A DNA stretch of 64,000 nucleotides from a phage, in NCBI GenBank assembly GCA_012411765.1, contig GCA_012411765.1_3031.1; one strand, written 5' to 3'. Positions 20,362 through 31,386 of the stretch are shown one piece after another; positions within the stretch are counted from its first letter, which is position 1; each line of letters starts with the position of its first letter. Below the pieces are notes generated by a model that worked only from the letters and a program-made list of their open reading frames with translations, was not told the origin of the DNA and searched no databases. The position numbers and the translations under genes were made by a program.

Positions 20362-20567
20362 TACAAAAAGCCTCTTTTGAATTCAACTTGCTTTTCACCA
20401 TAATCATATCGAATCTCTGCATTAAATTCAACAGAACCATCTGCGTACATCATAAATGAATGCACAACAACTTCTGTAGACCATGGTTGCAATTCATATT
20501 TCTTCATTACATGCCGTGAAATGATAATATCTAAATCTTCATTCGGTTTAATCCAACGATTTAACAT
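20361..20567 (-). CDS. hypothetical protein (68 aa)
   Basis: ORF preceded by hairpin-promoter cassette. Confidence 0.4.
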   Translation of the reverse strand: MLNRWIKPNEDLDIIISRHVMKKYELQPWSTEVVVHSFMMYADGSVEFNAEIRYDYGEKQVEFKRGFL

Positions 20568-20640
20568 AGTGCTCTCCTCTATAAGATAATTCTATTATAC
20601 CATACTCATTTTGGAAAGTAAACCATTTAAATGAAAAAAA

Positions 20641-20658
20641 GGACTCCCGAAGGAGTCC
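20641..20658 (-). terminator. hairpin GGACTCC-CGAA-GGAGTCC downstream of soc
   Basis: Inverted repeat read directly; followed on minus strand by T-run and GTTTAC promoter. Confidence 0.5.
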
Positions 20659-20664
20659 TTGAAT

Positions 20665-20910
20665 TTATTCACCAGTTACTTTCCACAAATCTTCATTTGC
20701 AGCAATCCATTCAGTACGTTGATTTTCTTCATATACTGTAGAATATGCTGCTTTTTCTGAAGGGAATGTCTGGTAATGAGCACCAGAAATTTTGTGAACA
20801 TCAGAATAAAGAGGGAAAGCTACGGAAATTTCCTTTCCTTCAATTTTCTTATTTCCATCTAATTTCTGCTCAAATGTTTTGATATTAACATAACCGCGAG
20901 TACTAGCCAT
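20665..20910 (-). CDS. soc: small outer capsid protein
   Basis: 81 aa; sequence MASTRGYVNIKTFEQKLDGNKKIEG... matches recalled T4 Soc. Confidence 0.9.
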   Translation of the reverse strand: MASTRGYVNIKTFEQKLDGNKKIEGKEISVAFPLYSDVHKISGAHYQTFPSEKAAYSTVYEENQRTEWIAANEDLWKVTGE

Positions 20911-20926
20911 GTAATTCTCCTTTTAT

Positions 20927-21136
20927 TTAAATTACATGATTATTTATAATAAATTCTCGCGGAACGTTAAAATACCCAATTTTAGTTAATATAACAACAT
21001 CGCCGTTAATAATTACCGGAGAATAATCGGCTGGAGCATTAAATTTCCAATGGGCTCTAATATTATATCCATCAGAACCAAATGCTCGACTAGCCGGTCT
21101 CCCGCCTCTTTGCCATGCATAAAAATCAAATTTCAT
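20927..21136 (-). CDS. hypothetical protein (69 aa)
   Basis: ORF between soc and 56. Confidence 0.4.
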   Translation of the reverse strand: MKFDFYAWQRGGRPASRAFGSDGYNIRAHWKFNAPADYSPVIINGDVVILTKIGYFNVPREFIINNHVI

Positions 21137-21339
21137 TTTGAATGCTCTATAATTAATTTTAAGGCTTCTTCGCGCACCAACTTGCCTAATGGTATATGCC
21201 CAGTTTTAATTGTGTAAGCTTTGTGGAGCTGATTAGATAAGAGCTCACATACGAGCTCCTTGTCATAATCTTTAAATAGCTGGTCAATACGTTTCTTGCG
21301 GGCTTTCTTAAGCTGGCGTTTATTTAAACGAGCCATCAA
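21133..21339 (-). CDS. hypothetical protein (68 aa, basic)
   Basis: ORF between soc and 56. Confidence 0.4.
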   Translation of the reverse strand: MMARLNKRQLKKARKKRIDQLFKDYDKELVCELLSNQLHKAYTIKTGHIPLGKLVREEALKLIIEHSK

Positions 21340-21854
21340 TAACCTCGGTCTTGACGAGCGAAATTTTCAGCATTTTTCAGATAATAAAGTTTAAATATTT
21401 CTTCAGCTGACATTCCAAGAGCAATGAATTTATTCATGAAAAAGTGAAATTGATCAATCAGTTCAAATTTAATTTCAAGTTGATCTTCAGGAGATAAATC
21501 TTGAATTTTCTTGGATTGCATTTCAGAATAACGTTTCTTCCAAGGTTTCCATACAGCAGAAGCTTCTTTTTCACCATTACTCATACCGCCAAGAGAAGTA
21601 TATAGCTCGCGAGTTTCATCTGCGATATAATCGTCTTGGTTTCGCAACCAAGCAAGAACTTCTCCTGCAGTTTCAAGTGAATCAGGATGACGATTTGTTT
21701 CTGGCTTATCATTAGCCAAACGAATCTGTAAATGCCGCTGCATATCAAGCATAACCTGCAATGGGTCAATATTGTGCATAATATTCTCAGCATATGCACG
21801 ATTTGCTTTATCAACGCCTTCGATCAAATGAGCGCATTCATTAAAGTGAGCCAT
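21336..21854 (-). CDS. 56: dCTP pyrophosphatase (MazG-like dCTPase/dUTPase)
   Basis: Likely start MAHFNE gives about 172 aa; position between soc and dam. Confidence 0.8.
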   Translation of the reverse strand: MAHFNECAHLIEGVDKANRAYAENIMHNIDPLQVMLDMQRHLQIRLANDKPETNRHPDSLETAGEVLAWLRNQDDYIADETRELYTSLGGMSNGEKEASAVWKPWKKRYSEMQSKKIQDLSPEDQLEIKFELIDQFHFFMNKFIALGMSAEEIFKLYYLKNAENFARQDRGY

Positions 21855-21914
21855 TATTTTTCCTTTCAATTCATTAATAAGTTAAATAATTATATCATTT
21901 GAATATATAAGCAA

Positions 21915-23254
<1,340 letters not shown>

Positions 23255-23353
23255 TATATCATCCTCAGCAATTTATTTTATAATACCATAACAAGCTGAG
23301 AAAGTAAACAAATTTGTGAAATTTGCGATAAATATTAATTTAAAGGAGGACAT

Positions 23354-23554
23354 ATGGTACAAAAATTAATGGCACTTGTTAATGCCATCAAAGGTAATAA
23401 AAAGCGTATAGCTTTTACTATTTCTGCTATGGTAGGAATTTTACTCTGGAACTTTATTTTATCACCTGTTGCAATTGCGCATGGTATTAATATTCCAGTA
23501 GTTACTCTTGATACATTCGTAGATTTAGCATTTGCTTTAGTTGGGTTAATTTAA
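23354..23554 (+). CDS. small membrane protein (66 aa), plus strand
   Basis: Strong RBS AAAGGAGGA upstream of ATG; two hydrophobic segments; stop overlaps gene 61 stop (convergent). Confidence 0.4.
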   Translation: MVQKLMALVNAIKGNKKRIAFTISAMVGILLWNFILSPVAIAHGINIPVVTLDTFVDLAFALVGLI

Positions 23555-24579
23555 ATCTTAGCATATTTAGATAGCCGCATTTTAGCCATCAACCCCTGGG
23601 CAATATTATTTTTCATATATTCCATAATTTGTTCAGGGGTTGCACCTTCCTTTCTAATCATATCATTAACATCTTTTGATTTCCAGGGAGATTTATCCCA
23701 AAACATAACCCTTTCTCCTGCATCAACTAATTTAGTCATTCGCTTAATAGTGTCAGGATGACGAGGTTCATTATCTAAAACCCACACGCGTCTATCTTTA
23801 AATGGAACAACTTCTAGGTCTAATTGACCACCTGTAATAGCTATACCATTTTCAATAAAAAGTGAATCTATAGGTCCTTCTAGAACATATACATCACCAT
23901 CTTTAACTCGTTCGACTCCATAGATTTTTGTTGCCTCAGGATAAGCTTTGATGGTGATATATTTTTGAGGAGCATCTTTCTTTAATGCACGTCCTTGAAA
24001 AGACTCAGCTTTTCCATTAGCATTATAAATTGGAATAACAAGACGAGGCTCAGGTATTTCCTTTTTATATGTTCCCGGTGCTATGCTATTAACTAATTTA
24101 GGCCATTCGGTTGTAAACCAAAGATATTTCCATTTATCCTTTGGAATACAACGAGCTTTTACATATTTTATAATTGGATGGTCTTCCGTCAGTTTATCTA
24201 ATCTAACACATGACGGAAGAGATTTAATTATTTTCTTCTCAGGTTGTTTAGGAAGTTCTTTAGGTTTTTCTACTGGACGACTTTTACCTTTTTCTTTTCT
24301 TATTTCAAAGATATACTCACGATATAAATCAGGTTCAAACTCCTTTAAATATATTCCGATTGGTGCATGATAGTTACAGTTATAACAATGAATATTTCCT
24401 TCATTATTATCACCATAATACCATCCACGGGCTTTATTCTGGTCGGTTTTTGAATCTCCACAAACAGGGCATCTAAACCGTAATTTAAAAGTTGAACTAT
24501 TATTTACTTGTGTGAATTTAGGTAAATGAGCCAATGCACGATACGCAAACTCATTATCAATCCAAGGTATTGATGACAT
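23551..24579 (-). CDS. 61: DNA primase
   Basis: 342 aa; N-terminal zinc ribbon CPVCGDS...CYNC; synteny with 41. Confidence 0.9.
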   Translation of the reverse strand: MSSIPWIDNEFAYRALAHLPKFTQVNNSSTFKLRFRCPVCGDSKTDQNKARGWYYGDNNEGNIHCYNCNYHAPIGIYLKEFEPDLYREYIFEIRKEKGKSRPVEKPKELPKQPEKKIIKSLPSCVRLDKLTEDHPIIKYVKARCIPKDKWKYLWFTTEWPKLVNSIAPGTYKKEIPEPRLVIPIYNANGKAESFQGRALKKDAPQKYITIKAYPEATKIYGVERVKDGDVYVLEGPIDSLFIENGIAITGGQLDLEVVPFKDRRVWVLDNEPRHPDTIKRMTKLVDAGERVMFWDKSPWKSKDVNDMIRKEGATPEQIMEYMKNNIAQGLMAKMRLSKYAKI

Positions 24580-24747
24580 TTTTACTCTTCTTTTTCTTTA
24601 GATTCCTCTTTTTTCTTTTTAGGAATCTGTTCAGGACCTTTATTTACTACAGCGCCTGACGTTGTTCCAGTAGAGATATTTTCAGGATTACCACCTGAAT
24701 CTCCAGCGACCATATCTTCTTTGATAAATTCTTTATATGTTTTCATA

Positions 24748-25104
24748 TTAACCTCTATTCATAAAAGCATTAAAAATTTGGTCATCAATCGATGGAATAG
24801 CAACTTTTTCTGCATCATTTAGCAAATCATTAATTTCATCAGATAGCATAACACATGTACCTTTATTTCCTGTAATTGTTACTGCGCAATTACGAACGTT
24901 TTCTTTATTAAATTTTAGGTTAATATTTTCGTAATGAAAATCCTTTAATGCTGAATATATTTTTAAAATAAAATTGTCTTTTACTGCAATAAACCCAACC
25001 TCACTATTAAAACGTGGTTCATGGAAACTGTAATAAACCTTTTCATCTATAAAATCGTATGAAATTTTTTCCATTTTTAAATATGAAAATTCAGAACTAT
25101 GCAT
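24748..25104 (-). CDS. hypothetical protein (118 aa), 61.1/61.2 position
   Basis: ORF between primase and sp. Confidence 0.45.
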   Translation of the reverse strand: MHSSEFSYLKMEKISYDFIDEKVYYSFHEPRFNSEVGFIAVKDNFILKIYSALKDFHYENINLKFNKENVRNCAVTITGNKGTCVMLSDEINDLLNDAEKVAIPSIDDQIFNAFMNRG

Positions 25105-25116
25105 ACTAACCTCTAA

Positions 25117-25410
25117 TTACTCACCTACCACTTCAGCGATGATATTTTTATTATTAAAGTTTTTATCGCAATATAGAACATAATTATACTGCATTACACC
25201 ACCAGACTTAAGCTGTTTTTGCACTTCGGCTTTCATTTCAGGACGATCGCGCTCAACGATATTCATAATATCTGCTTCAATTTGGGTTTCAACCTCAGTC
25301 TGATCAGCAGTCATAGACCATTCGCACAAATCTTTATCATAACCTGCCATAGCAGGCTGAGCAGCACAAGAAGCTAAAGCAAAAATTGTAGCAAAGATAA
25401 ATTTTTTCAT
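25117..25410 (-). CDS. sp: Spackle-like periplasmic protein
   Basis: 97 aa with N-terminal signal peptide; position between 61 and 41. Confidence 0.65.
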   Translation of the reverse strand: MKKFIFATIFALASCAAQPAMAGYDKDLCEWSMTADQTEVETQIEADIMNIVERDRPEMKAEVQKQLKSGGVMQYNYVLYCDKNFNNKNIIAEVVGE

Positions 25411-25470
25411 GATAATCTCCTCAGTAGTTTATGTTTATATAGTATCTCAATTTCCAATAAAAGTAAACAG

Positions 25471-25728
25471 TTATTTTAAAACTTCTGCATAATCACATGT
25501 TACAAACTGGTTCTCTAACTTGACGATTTTACGAAAGTATCTTTTGCATTGGCGAATCTGCCGCTTCGTAGGGCGAACAGCAAACTTAATAAATTCCACT
25601 CGACCAAATGGAGGACTTTCTTCTGCTGGAATATCTAACACCAATTCCCACGTATCTGCAATAAGTGCTTTGAATTGCGTATTTTTCCTGACGCTATACG
25701 GAGTAGGTTTAAATAAAACAATATGCAT
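25471..25728 (-). CDS. hypothetical protein (85 aa from internal Met), 61.4 position
   Basis: Track ORF 25471..25782 overlaps dmd; internal start MHIVLFKPTPYS avoids overlap. Confidence 0.4.
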   Translation of the reverse strand: MHIVLFKPTPYSVRKNTQFKALIADTWELVLDIPAEESPPFGRVEFIKFAVRPTKRQIRQCKRYFRKIVKLENQFVTCDYAEVLK

Positions 25729-25729
25729 A

Positions 25730-25912
25730 TTATCCTCGGCAATCCACTTCACATACTTTCTTGTCATCAATGAAAGCTTCAACTAATGCTTTATTAACTT
25801 CAGCATATTGAGTAGTAGCCCATTGAACGTCATCTTTCATCATTGTGATTTCTTTAGTAAACATACTTTCGTTCTTAAACCACCCCATAAAAACTACTTT
25901 TACCAATTCCAT
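25730..25912 (-). CDS. dmd: Dmd-like antitoxin (inhibitor of RnlA/LsoA)
   Basis: 60 aa, MELVKVVFMGWFKNES...; size and position match recalled T4 dmd (61.5). Confidence 0.6.
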   Translation of the reverse strand: MELVKVVFMGWFKNESMFTKEITMMKDDVQWATTQYAEVNKALVEAFIDDKKVCEVDCRG

Positions 25913-25970
25913 AACAATCTCCTCATTTAACCAACAAGACTACTATACCATAGTCTTGTCAGCTTGTAAA

Positions 25971-27398
25971 CTAAAATTTTAATTCATTTGCCAAAGCATC
26001 TAACTGAGCTCGAGTGGATTCATTTCTTTGATAGCGATTCTGCTCAGCTTGTATCTGTTGTGAACCTGCTACCTCACTCACTTCAGTTGGAGTAGAATCT
26101 TGTTCAATTTCTACCCATTTCTGATTTCCTTTTTGAACACCCATCAAAAACTTATTCCATTTATTCTTATCACCATATCGTGATTTGATTTGCTTAATGA
26201 GTTGTTGTTCAGCAGCTGCTAGCTCCTCGGTTTCAATGACCGCAAGCATAAAATCGGCTGTTGCTGGAAGACCAGCAGATTCTGCAATATCGCTCATGTT
26301 AACATCGGAAGAATCCCAAGCTTGCTTACCAACCTGTGCTGCAGTCCAAAGAACAGTTTCGGTTTCAACAGCCAGAGCACGCAATTCCTCTGCGATAGCT
26401 TTAACAGTTGTGTAACTATTTTCTGAATAAACTCTAATGCGGCAAGATTTACAAATACCTAGATAGTCGACAATAATGATTGTTGGAACAAAATTCTTTT
26501 TGAGCTTCAATTCATTCAAGAGAGACCTGAATGTATTAGCATCTGCTCCACCAGTAGGATACTGTTTAACGATTAAACGTCCAAGAGTAGATTTCTCACG
26601 CCATTTTTCCATTTTTCCTTTATACTCAGCGTAAGAAATATGCCCATCATCAATATCATCAAGAGAAACATCAAGCATATTAGCATCAATACGTTTAGCG
26701 CAGACTTCTTCTGCCATTTCCATGGAAATGTAAAGAACATTATGTCCGAGCTGTAAATAATCTGCTGCCAATGAACACAGACCTAATGACTTACCAACGT
26801 TAACGCCAGCCATTAAAACGTTCAGTGTTCCAGTCTCAGCTCCGCCTTTAGTAATTTTGTTTAGAATTCTGAGTTTAAATGGAACCTTACGAGCTTTATT
26901 CATATAAGATAGCCAACGTGCTTCATAGTCATCCATCCAATCATGACCAACGTAACTATCAAATGAAATTGATAATGCCTGCCGCATGATGTCAGGAATA
27001 GCACCAACATCCGGCATTTTCTTATTTCGTTTTTCCGGAGGAAGCTCAGCATTAGTTTGAATTTCGATTATTTTAGACGTAGCATTAAACATCGCCCTTT
27101 GCTGAACATATTTTTCTGTTTCTTTTATTAACCAGCTGTGGTCTTCCGGAGAATCAGCCAGTTTTGAAATAAGTGTTTTTACACCAGAATATTCTGTTTC
27201 AGTAAATGAACTATTTTCTAATGCAACATTTAACGCATTAATAGATGGAACGCTATGATACTCATTGACATGAGATTTAATTAATTTGAATGTATTTTTA
27301 GCTGGACCACTTTCAAAATATTCTGAATCCATATATGGCCAAACTTTTGAAAAATAAGCTTGATCAAATATGAGATGAGAAAGAATAATTTCTACCAC
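25971..27398 (-). CDS. 41: replicative DNA helicase (DnaB-like)
   Basis: 475 aa; Walker A GVNVGKS; synteny. Confidence 0.95.
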   Translation of the reverse strand: MVEIILSHLIFDQAYFSKVWPYMDSEYFESGPAKNTFKLIKSHVNEYHSVPSINALNVALENSSFTETEYSGVKTLISKLADSPEDHSWLIKETEKYVQQRAMFNATSKIIEIQTNAELPPEKRNKKMPDVGAIPDIMRQALSISFDSYVGHDWMDDYEARWLSYMNKARKVPFKLRILNKITKGGAETGTLNVLMAGVNVGKSLGLCSLAADYLQLGHNVLYISMEMAEEVCAKRIDANMLDVSLDDIDDGHISYAEYKGKMEKWREKSTLGRLIVKQYPTGGADANTFRSLLNELKLKKNFVPTIIIVDYLGICKSCRIRVYSENSYTTVKAIAEELRALAVETETVLWTAAQVGKQAWDSSDVNMSDIAESAGLPATADFMLAVIETEELAAAEQQLIKQIKSRYGDKNKWNKFLMGVQKGNQKWVEIEQDSTPTEVSEVAGSQQIQAEQNRYQRNESTRAQLDALANELKF

Positions 27399-27407
27399 AC
27401 TTACTCC

Positions 27408-27770
27408 TTAAAAGAATTTAAATTTTTTCTTTGACCTTTTATTAAATGCATCTTGCAGTTGCATTGTAATACATTTTTCTACATGAGGAGCTAACTCAGC
27501 TTTTCTTTCTTGGTCAAGAACAGCAAAGTCCATTACAACCTTTCCATCAACCCAATCTAATTTTGTCACATACACAATGTGTGTAGAACCGTCTTCTAGT
27601 TTAATGACAATCTCCTGGATAACATTTTCCATGGCAGATTTAATTATCTTAAGAGATTCATTAAAAAGACGTTCTTTTCTTTCTTCTTCCCCCTCCGAAG
27701 AGGGGGATTCGTCGATAATTTCTAGATCTAAATCTAAATCATCTTTATTCATTAAATTCTTCCATATCAC
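27408..27770 (-). CDS. 40: gp40-position protein (120 aa)
   Basis: Position between uvsX and 41; contains intragenic CCCCCTC-TTCG-GAGGGGG hairpin. Confidence 0.5.
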   Translation of the reverse strand: MIWKNLMNKDDLDLDLEIIDESPSSEGEEERKERLFNESLKIIKSAMENVIQEIVIKLEDGSTHIVYVTKLDWVDGKVVMDFAVLDQERKAELAPHVEKCITMQLQDAFNKRSKKKFKFF

Positions 27771-28926
27771 TTAACTGTTCGAGGTCAGTTTCTAAATCAG
27801 CTGCTGATTTACTTTTACTTTCTGGAGATTTAAATTTTTCAACCTTTGAGTTAATCAATTCATCAACTTCAGCTTCAACAATTTCATTACTATCAATAGC
27901 ACCTAACTGATAAGCACGTTTAATAGCATCTCGGAATGGTTGATGCTTAAATAAAGGACCCCAGAATGTAGTGCAGTTGGTATCTTTTGCACGCCAAGAT
28001 TTTTCTTCGCGAATCATCTCGCCGGTTTCTTCGTCAAGAAATTCACGAGCATACCAGCCATTTTTAGGTTTTACCACGAATCCTAATTCTAGAGCCATAT
28101 CTAACAATCCAGAATAAGGATCGATACCACCGTCAAATTTAACATCAATAAAGAATTTACTTTTTTCTTTAACGGTACGAGATTTTTCTACATTTAGAAC
28201 AAATTGATACCCCTGAAGATCAGAACCATCTTTAATCTGACGTTTACCGATAATGAATACGGTATCAGCCGAATACATTACGCCTGTACCACCTGTCATT
28301 ACGGTTTTACTAAACATTTCAATTGTTTCAATTGTATGGTTAACCGCAACACATGGAATATTTTTAATGCTAAAATAAGGAGTAACAATACGGAATAATG
28401 ACTTCAGTGATTTAGCACGAGTCATATCTGCCACAGATTTTTCATTCAAGGCATCTTCCGTTTCTTTCTTAGAAGCCATATTACCGATTGAGTCGATGAA
28501 TACAATAACCTTTTCACCACGCTCAATAGCTTCAAGCTGATTCACCATATCAATTTTCAGCTGTTCAACTGACTGAATTGGTGTATGAATTACTCGTTCC
28601 GGGTCAACTCCCATGGATCGCAAATAAGCTGGAGTAATACCAAATTCGCTATCATAGAATAGACAAACCGCGTCAGGATATTTGTTCAAATATGCCGCAA
28701 CCATAGTCAAAGACATATTTGATTTAAAGTGTTTAGAAGGCCCTGCGAAAATAGTTAAACCAGACTGCATACCGCCATCAATCGCGCCAGAAATAGCAAT
28801 ATTAAGCATTGGGATTTTTGTACGGATTACATCCTTTTCATTAAAGAATTTAGATGTAGTCAGTTCAGCAGTCATTTTAGAAGTGGAAGCTTTAATCAAA
28901 CGGGATTTTAAATCTGCAATAGACAT
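27745..28926 (-). CDS. uvsX: UvsX recombinase (RecA-like)
   Basis: 393 aa; Walker A GPSKHFKS; sequence matches recalled T4 UvsX. Confidence 0.95.
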   Translation of the reverse strand: MSIADLKSRLIKASTSKMTAELTTSKFFNEKDVIRTKIPMLNIAISGAIDGGMQSGLTIFAGPSKHFKSNMSLTMVAAYLNKYPDAVCLFYDSEFGITPAYLRSMGVDPERVIHTPIQSVEQLKIDMVNQLEAIERGEKVIVFIDSIGNMASKKETEDALNEKSVADMTRAKSLKSLFRIVTPYFSIKNIPCVAVNHTIETIEMFSKTVMTGGTGVMYSADTVFIIGKRQIKDGSDLQGYQFVLNVEKSRTVKEKSKFFIDVKFDGGIDPYSGLLDMALELGFVVKPKNGWYAREFLDEETGEMIREEKSWRAKDTNCTTFWGPLFKHQPFRDAIKRAYQLGAIDSNEIVEAEVDELINSKVEKFKSPESKSKSAADLETDLEQLSDMEEFNE

Positions 28927-29003
28927 TCATTTTTTCCATAGGCATCATTATATTTTCCTCACTGGTTAAAGATAGAGTAATTATAACACAATAAATTTAG
29001 GCA

Positions 29004-29852
29004 TTAATCAACTGCTATTGGATGAATAGCATTAAACTTATGAAATGCTTCTGATTTTTCTTTACGCGAAACACACATGCGAAGAACCTTTAGTGGTTCA
29101 TCTTCTTCACCCAACGATTTTCGTTTTTCAATATTAGAAGTTTTCCAACGAGCTTGCTCTGGAAACTCTCTATTGATTTGCTCAAGCGCTCTATTATGTT
29201 TAGAATTACTACGAATTGAACTACATCCGCCAGGAGCTTGTGCTTTTCCAGATACAACTAGATATTTGAACAAGGCCAAATGCGGATAACCTTGATTAAT
29301 TAAATTGAGAAATGCATACATATCTTCGCATAAATCAATTTTTCCATACCCAATTTGTTCTGTAGTAAGTTTTCCGAGGTCATACCATGTATTTGTGAAT
29401 CCATATGAATTTTCACGATAATTACCCCAAGATGAAGTAATTTTAAAAATAGGTAGACGAGCATGGCCATGATAATACCCACAATCCATGGCATCCTCAA
29501 CATATTGAATCAATTCATAGAACTGTTCACGAGTCAATTGATTGACTTTATCCACACAACGACGATCATCTCTTTTTCGCATTGAACTCATACGAATAGT
29601 AGTATCATCGTCAATCATCCAGATTCGTTGACCTGCATACATATCAGTAATTGCTTTACGAGTACCGGCAATTCCGTTTACATCATCAGGAATAGTTATA
29701 ATTTTAGCTCTAGACCCATAGGCATCATAATAAGCTTTTTCTTCGTGTTCACGCACTACAATATGCGGTTCATAATCAGTCGGAAACATATCAAGGGCAG
29801 AAACTGCCCCGACACGCTGATAACTTGGAATTACGAATTGAATCATTTCCAC
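29004..29852 (-). CDS. DxD glycosyltransferase (GT-A-like), in the locus where T4 has beta-glucosyltransferase
   Basis: 282 aa; motif IWMIDDDTT; does not resemble recalled T4 Bgt; consistent with T2/T6-type beta-glucosyl-HMC-alpha-glucosyltransferase. Confidence 0.5.
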   Translation of the reverse strand: MEMIQFVIPSYQRVGAVSALDMFPTDYEPHIVVREHEEKAYYDAYGSRAKIITIPDDVNGIAGTRKAITDMYAGQRIWMIDDDTTIRMSSMRKRDDRRCVDKVNQLTREQFYELIQYVEDAMDCGYYHGHARLPIFKITSSWGNYRENSYGFTNTWYDLGKLTTEQIGYGKIDLCEDMYAFLNLINQGYPHLALFKYLVVSGKAQAPGGCSSIRSNSKHNRALEQINREFPEQARWKTSNIEKRKSLGEEDEPLKVLRMCVSRKEKSEAFHKFNAIHPIAVD

Positions 29853-30583
29853 TCACCGTTATAATCTTTTTTCACAATATGAGTTTCGCCAGTATTCCAC
29901 CAATGATCAACCAAGTAAAAATGACGAGAATATACATGAAGACTTCCAACATTCCATATAATAGAACCTGCTTTATACTGACGAGTTGAATCGCCTGCAT
30001 TCAAATCAGATACTAATTTATCTAGTACGTATTTTTGCCATGCATAGTCATTACGGAATCCGAAGACCACGTCATTTGAGCGCATGCTTACTACTGCATT
30101 GACTTTCTTATCACGAATCAGGTACTGTACTGTATTAGTACACATGAAATCTGACATACCATCTTTATTGTAGTCAAATTGCATGGATGGACGAGTATAA
30201 ATCATGATACCACGTCGAGAATCAGGATTTTGACCAAGTTCAGCTAAACACATATCATACTGGGCATAGTTATCTTCTGACCAAATAGCCCAACCATAAT
30301 TCGAGTTAATTTCGCCTTTAGAAGATGCTACCTGCTGCCAAATCTTTGGTGTTTCACCTGGAATATCTTTAACAAACAAGCTCTTAGATTTATACCATTC
30401 AAGTTCACGCTGAATGTATTCATCATTAAGAGCGCCAAAAATAAACGGTTCATCTGCTACAAATGATGCGCCAATAATTTCAATAGTTTTAACACCAGTT
30501 TTATCAACTACGAAATCTTTTTCTTTTAATGCAAGCCCCAAATGAAGACGGATTTCTTCAACTGTCATAGAGTCACTAATCAT
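29843..30583 (-). CDS. 42: dCMP hydroxymethylase
   Basis: 246 aa; sequence MISDSMTVEEIRLHLG... matches recalled T4 gp42. Confidence 0.85.
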   Translation of the reverse strand: MISDSMTVEEIRLHLGLALKEKDFVVDKTGVKTIEIIGASFVADEPFIFGALNDEYIQRELEWYKSKSLFVKDIPGETPKIWQQVASSKGEINSNYGWAIWSEDNYAQYDMCLAELGQNPDSRRGIMIYTRPSMQFDYNKDGMSDFMCTNTVQYLIRDKKVNAVVSMRSNDVVFGFRNDYAWQKYVLDKLVSDLNAGDSTRQYKAGSIIWNVGSLHVYSRHFYLVDHWWNTGETHIVKKDYNGEWK

Positions 30584-30589
30584 TTAAAC

Positions 30590-30736
30590 CTCAATTGATA
30601 CATTCATATTTAACTTGTAACAGTAATAAACTCCAACCTAAAATAATAGTTGGAATCATAAGAGGAACCGTTACACTATAGTATATACTTATTATAACCA
30701 TCAAGATTAAAAGCAACACTGCTATAATTTTGCTTT
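30590..30736 (-). CDS. small membrane micro-ORF (about 49 aa)
   Basis: Hand translation MKSKIIAVLLLILMVIISIYYSV...; below track cutoff. Confidence 0.3.
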
Positions 30737-30988
30737 TCATTCCTTCTCTCTGATGATAATTACTTGATTTGGCTGTGCAGACTTTTTGGTTTCACCCGCA
30801 ATTGACCAAATAAATGTAATAAACCAACCAATAATTGACCAGTTAAACAGTAAAGATGTGAAAAAGATTCCTACTGTCGATTTTGACCCACGCATCAAGG
30901 CGATAAACCATGGAAGCATGTATATAATAATAGCCAACACACCTGAAACTAAAACCATAAAAATTGAACCTGCTACTAAAGTTTCCAT
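30737..30988 (-). CDS. imm: Imm immunity (superinfection exclusion) membrane protein
   Basis: 83 aa, two TM segments; length and position match T4 imm. Confidence 0.8.
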   Translation of the reverse strand: METLVAGSIFMVLVSGVLAIIIYMLPWFIALMRGSKSTVGIFFTSLLFNWSIIGWFITFIWSIAGETKKSAQPNQVIIIREKE

Positions 30989-30995
30989 GTTTTCC

Positions 30996-31376
30996 TCACT
31001 TAGTCAAATTTTTTACGCATGAATTATAAGAATTCACTACATACTCCATCGGAGCATTTTTACCAGTACGCCATTGGTAATTATTAGCCCAATTAGCCCA
31101 AATTTCGGCGCAGTAGTTTTCAATTTTTTCTTCGCGTGTAATTACATCCGAATTACGATATGCTTGAGCAGATTCATCTGGACGAATAGCTTCGTCAAAA
31201 TTCGCCTGCATTTGTTCGACTGTTTGCTTTGGAGCTTCTTTATAACACTTGACATTAGGATTATAAAATTTGCTTGAACAGTTTACAATTTTTCCTACAT
31301 CAGACTGATTTACTACCGGTCCTTGAGCTACACAACCAGTAAGACCTAATGCAATAACCAAAATAGCGATTTTCAT
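30996..31376 (-). CDS. putative lipoprotein (126 aa)
   Basis: Signal peptide with LTGC lipobox. Confidence 0.5.
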   Translation of the reverse strand: MKIAILVIALGLTGCVAQGPVVNQSDVGKIVNCSSKFYNPNVKCYKEAPKQTVEQMQANFDEAIRPDESAQAYRNSDVITREEKIENYCAEIWANWANNYQWRTGKNAPMEYVVNSYNSCVKNLTK

Positions 31377-31386
31377 AATAATTTCC

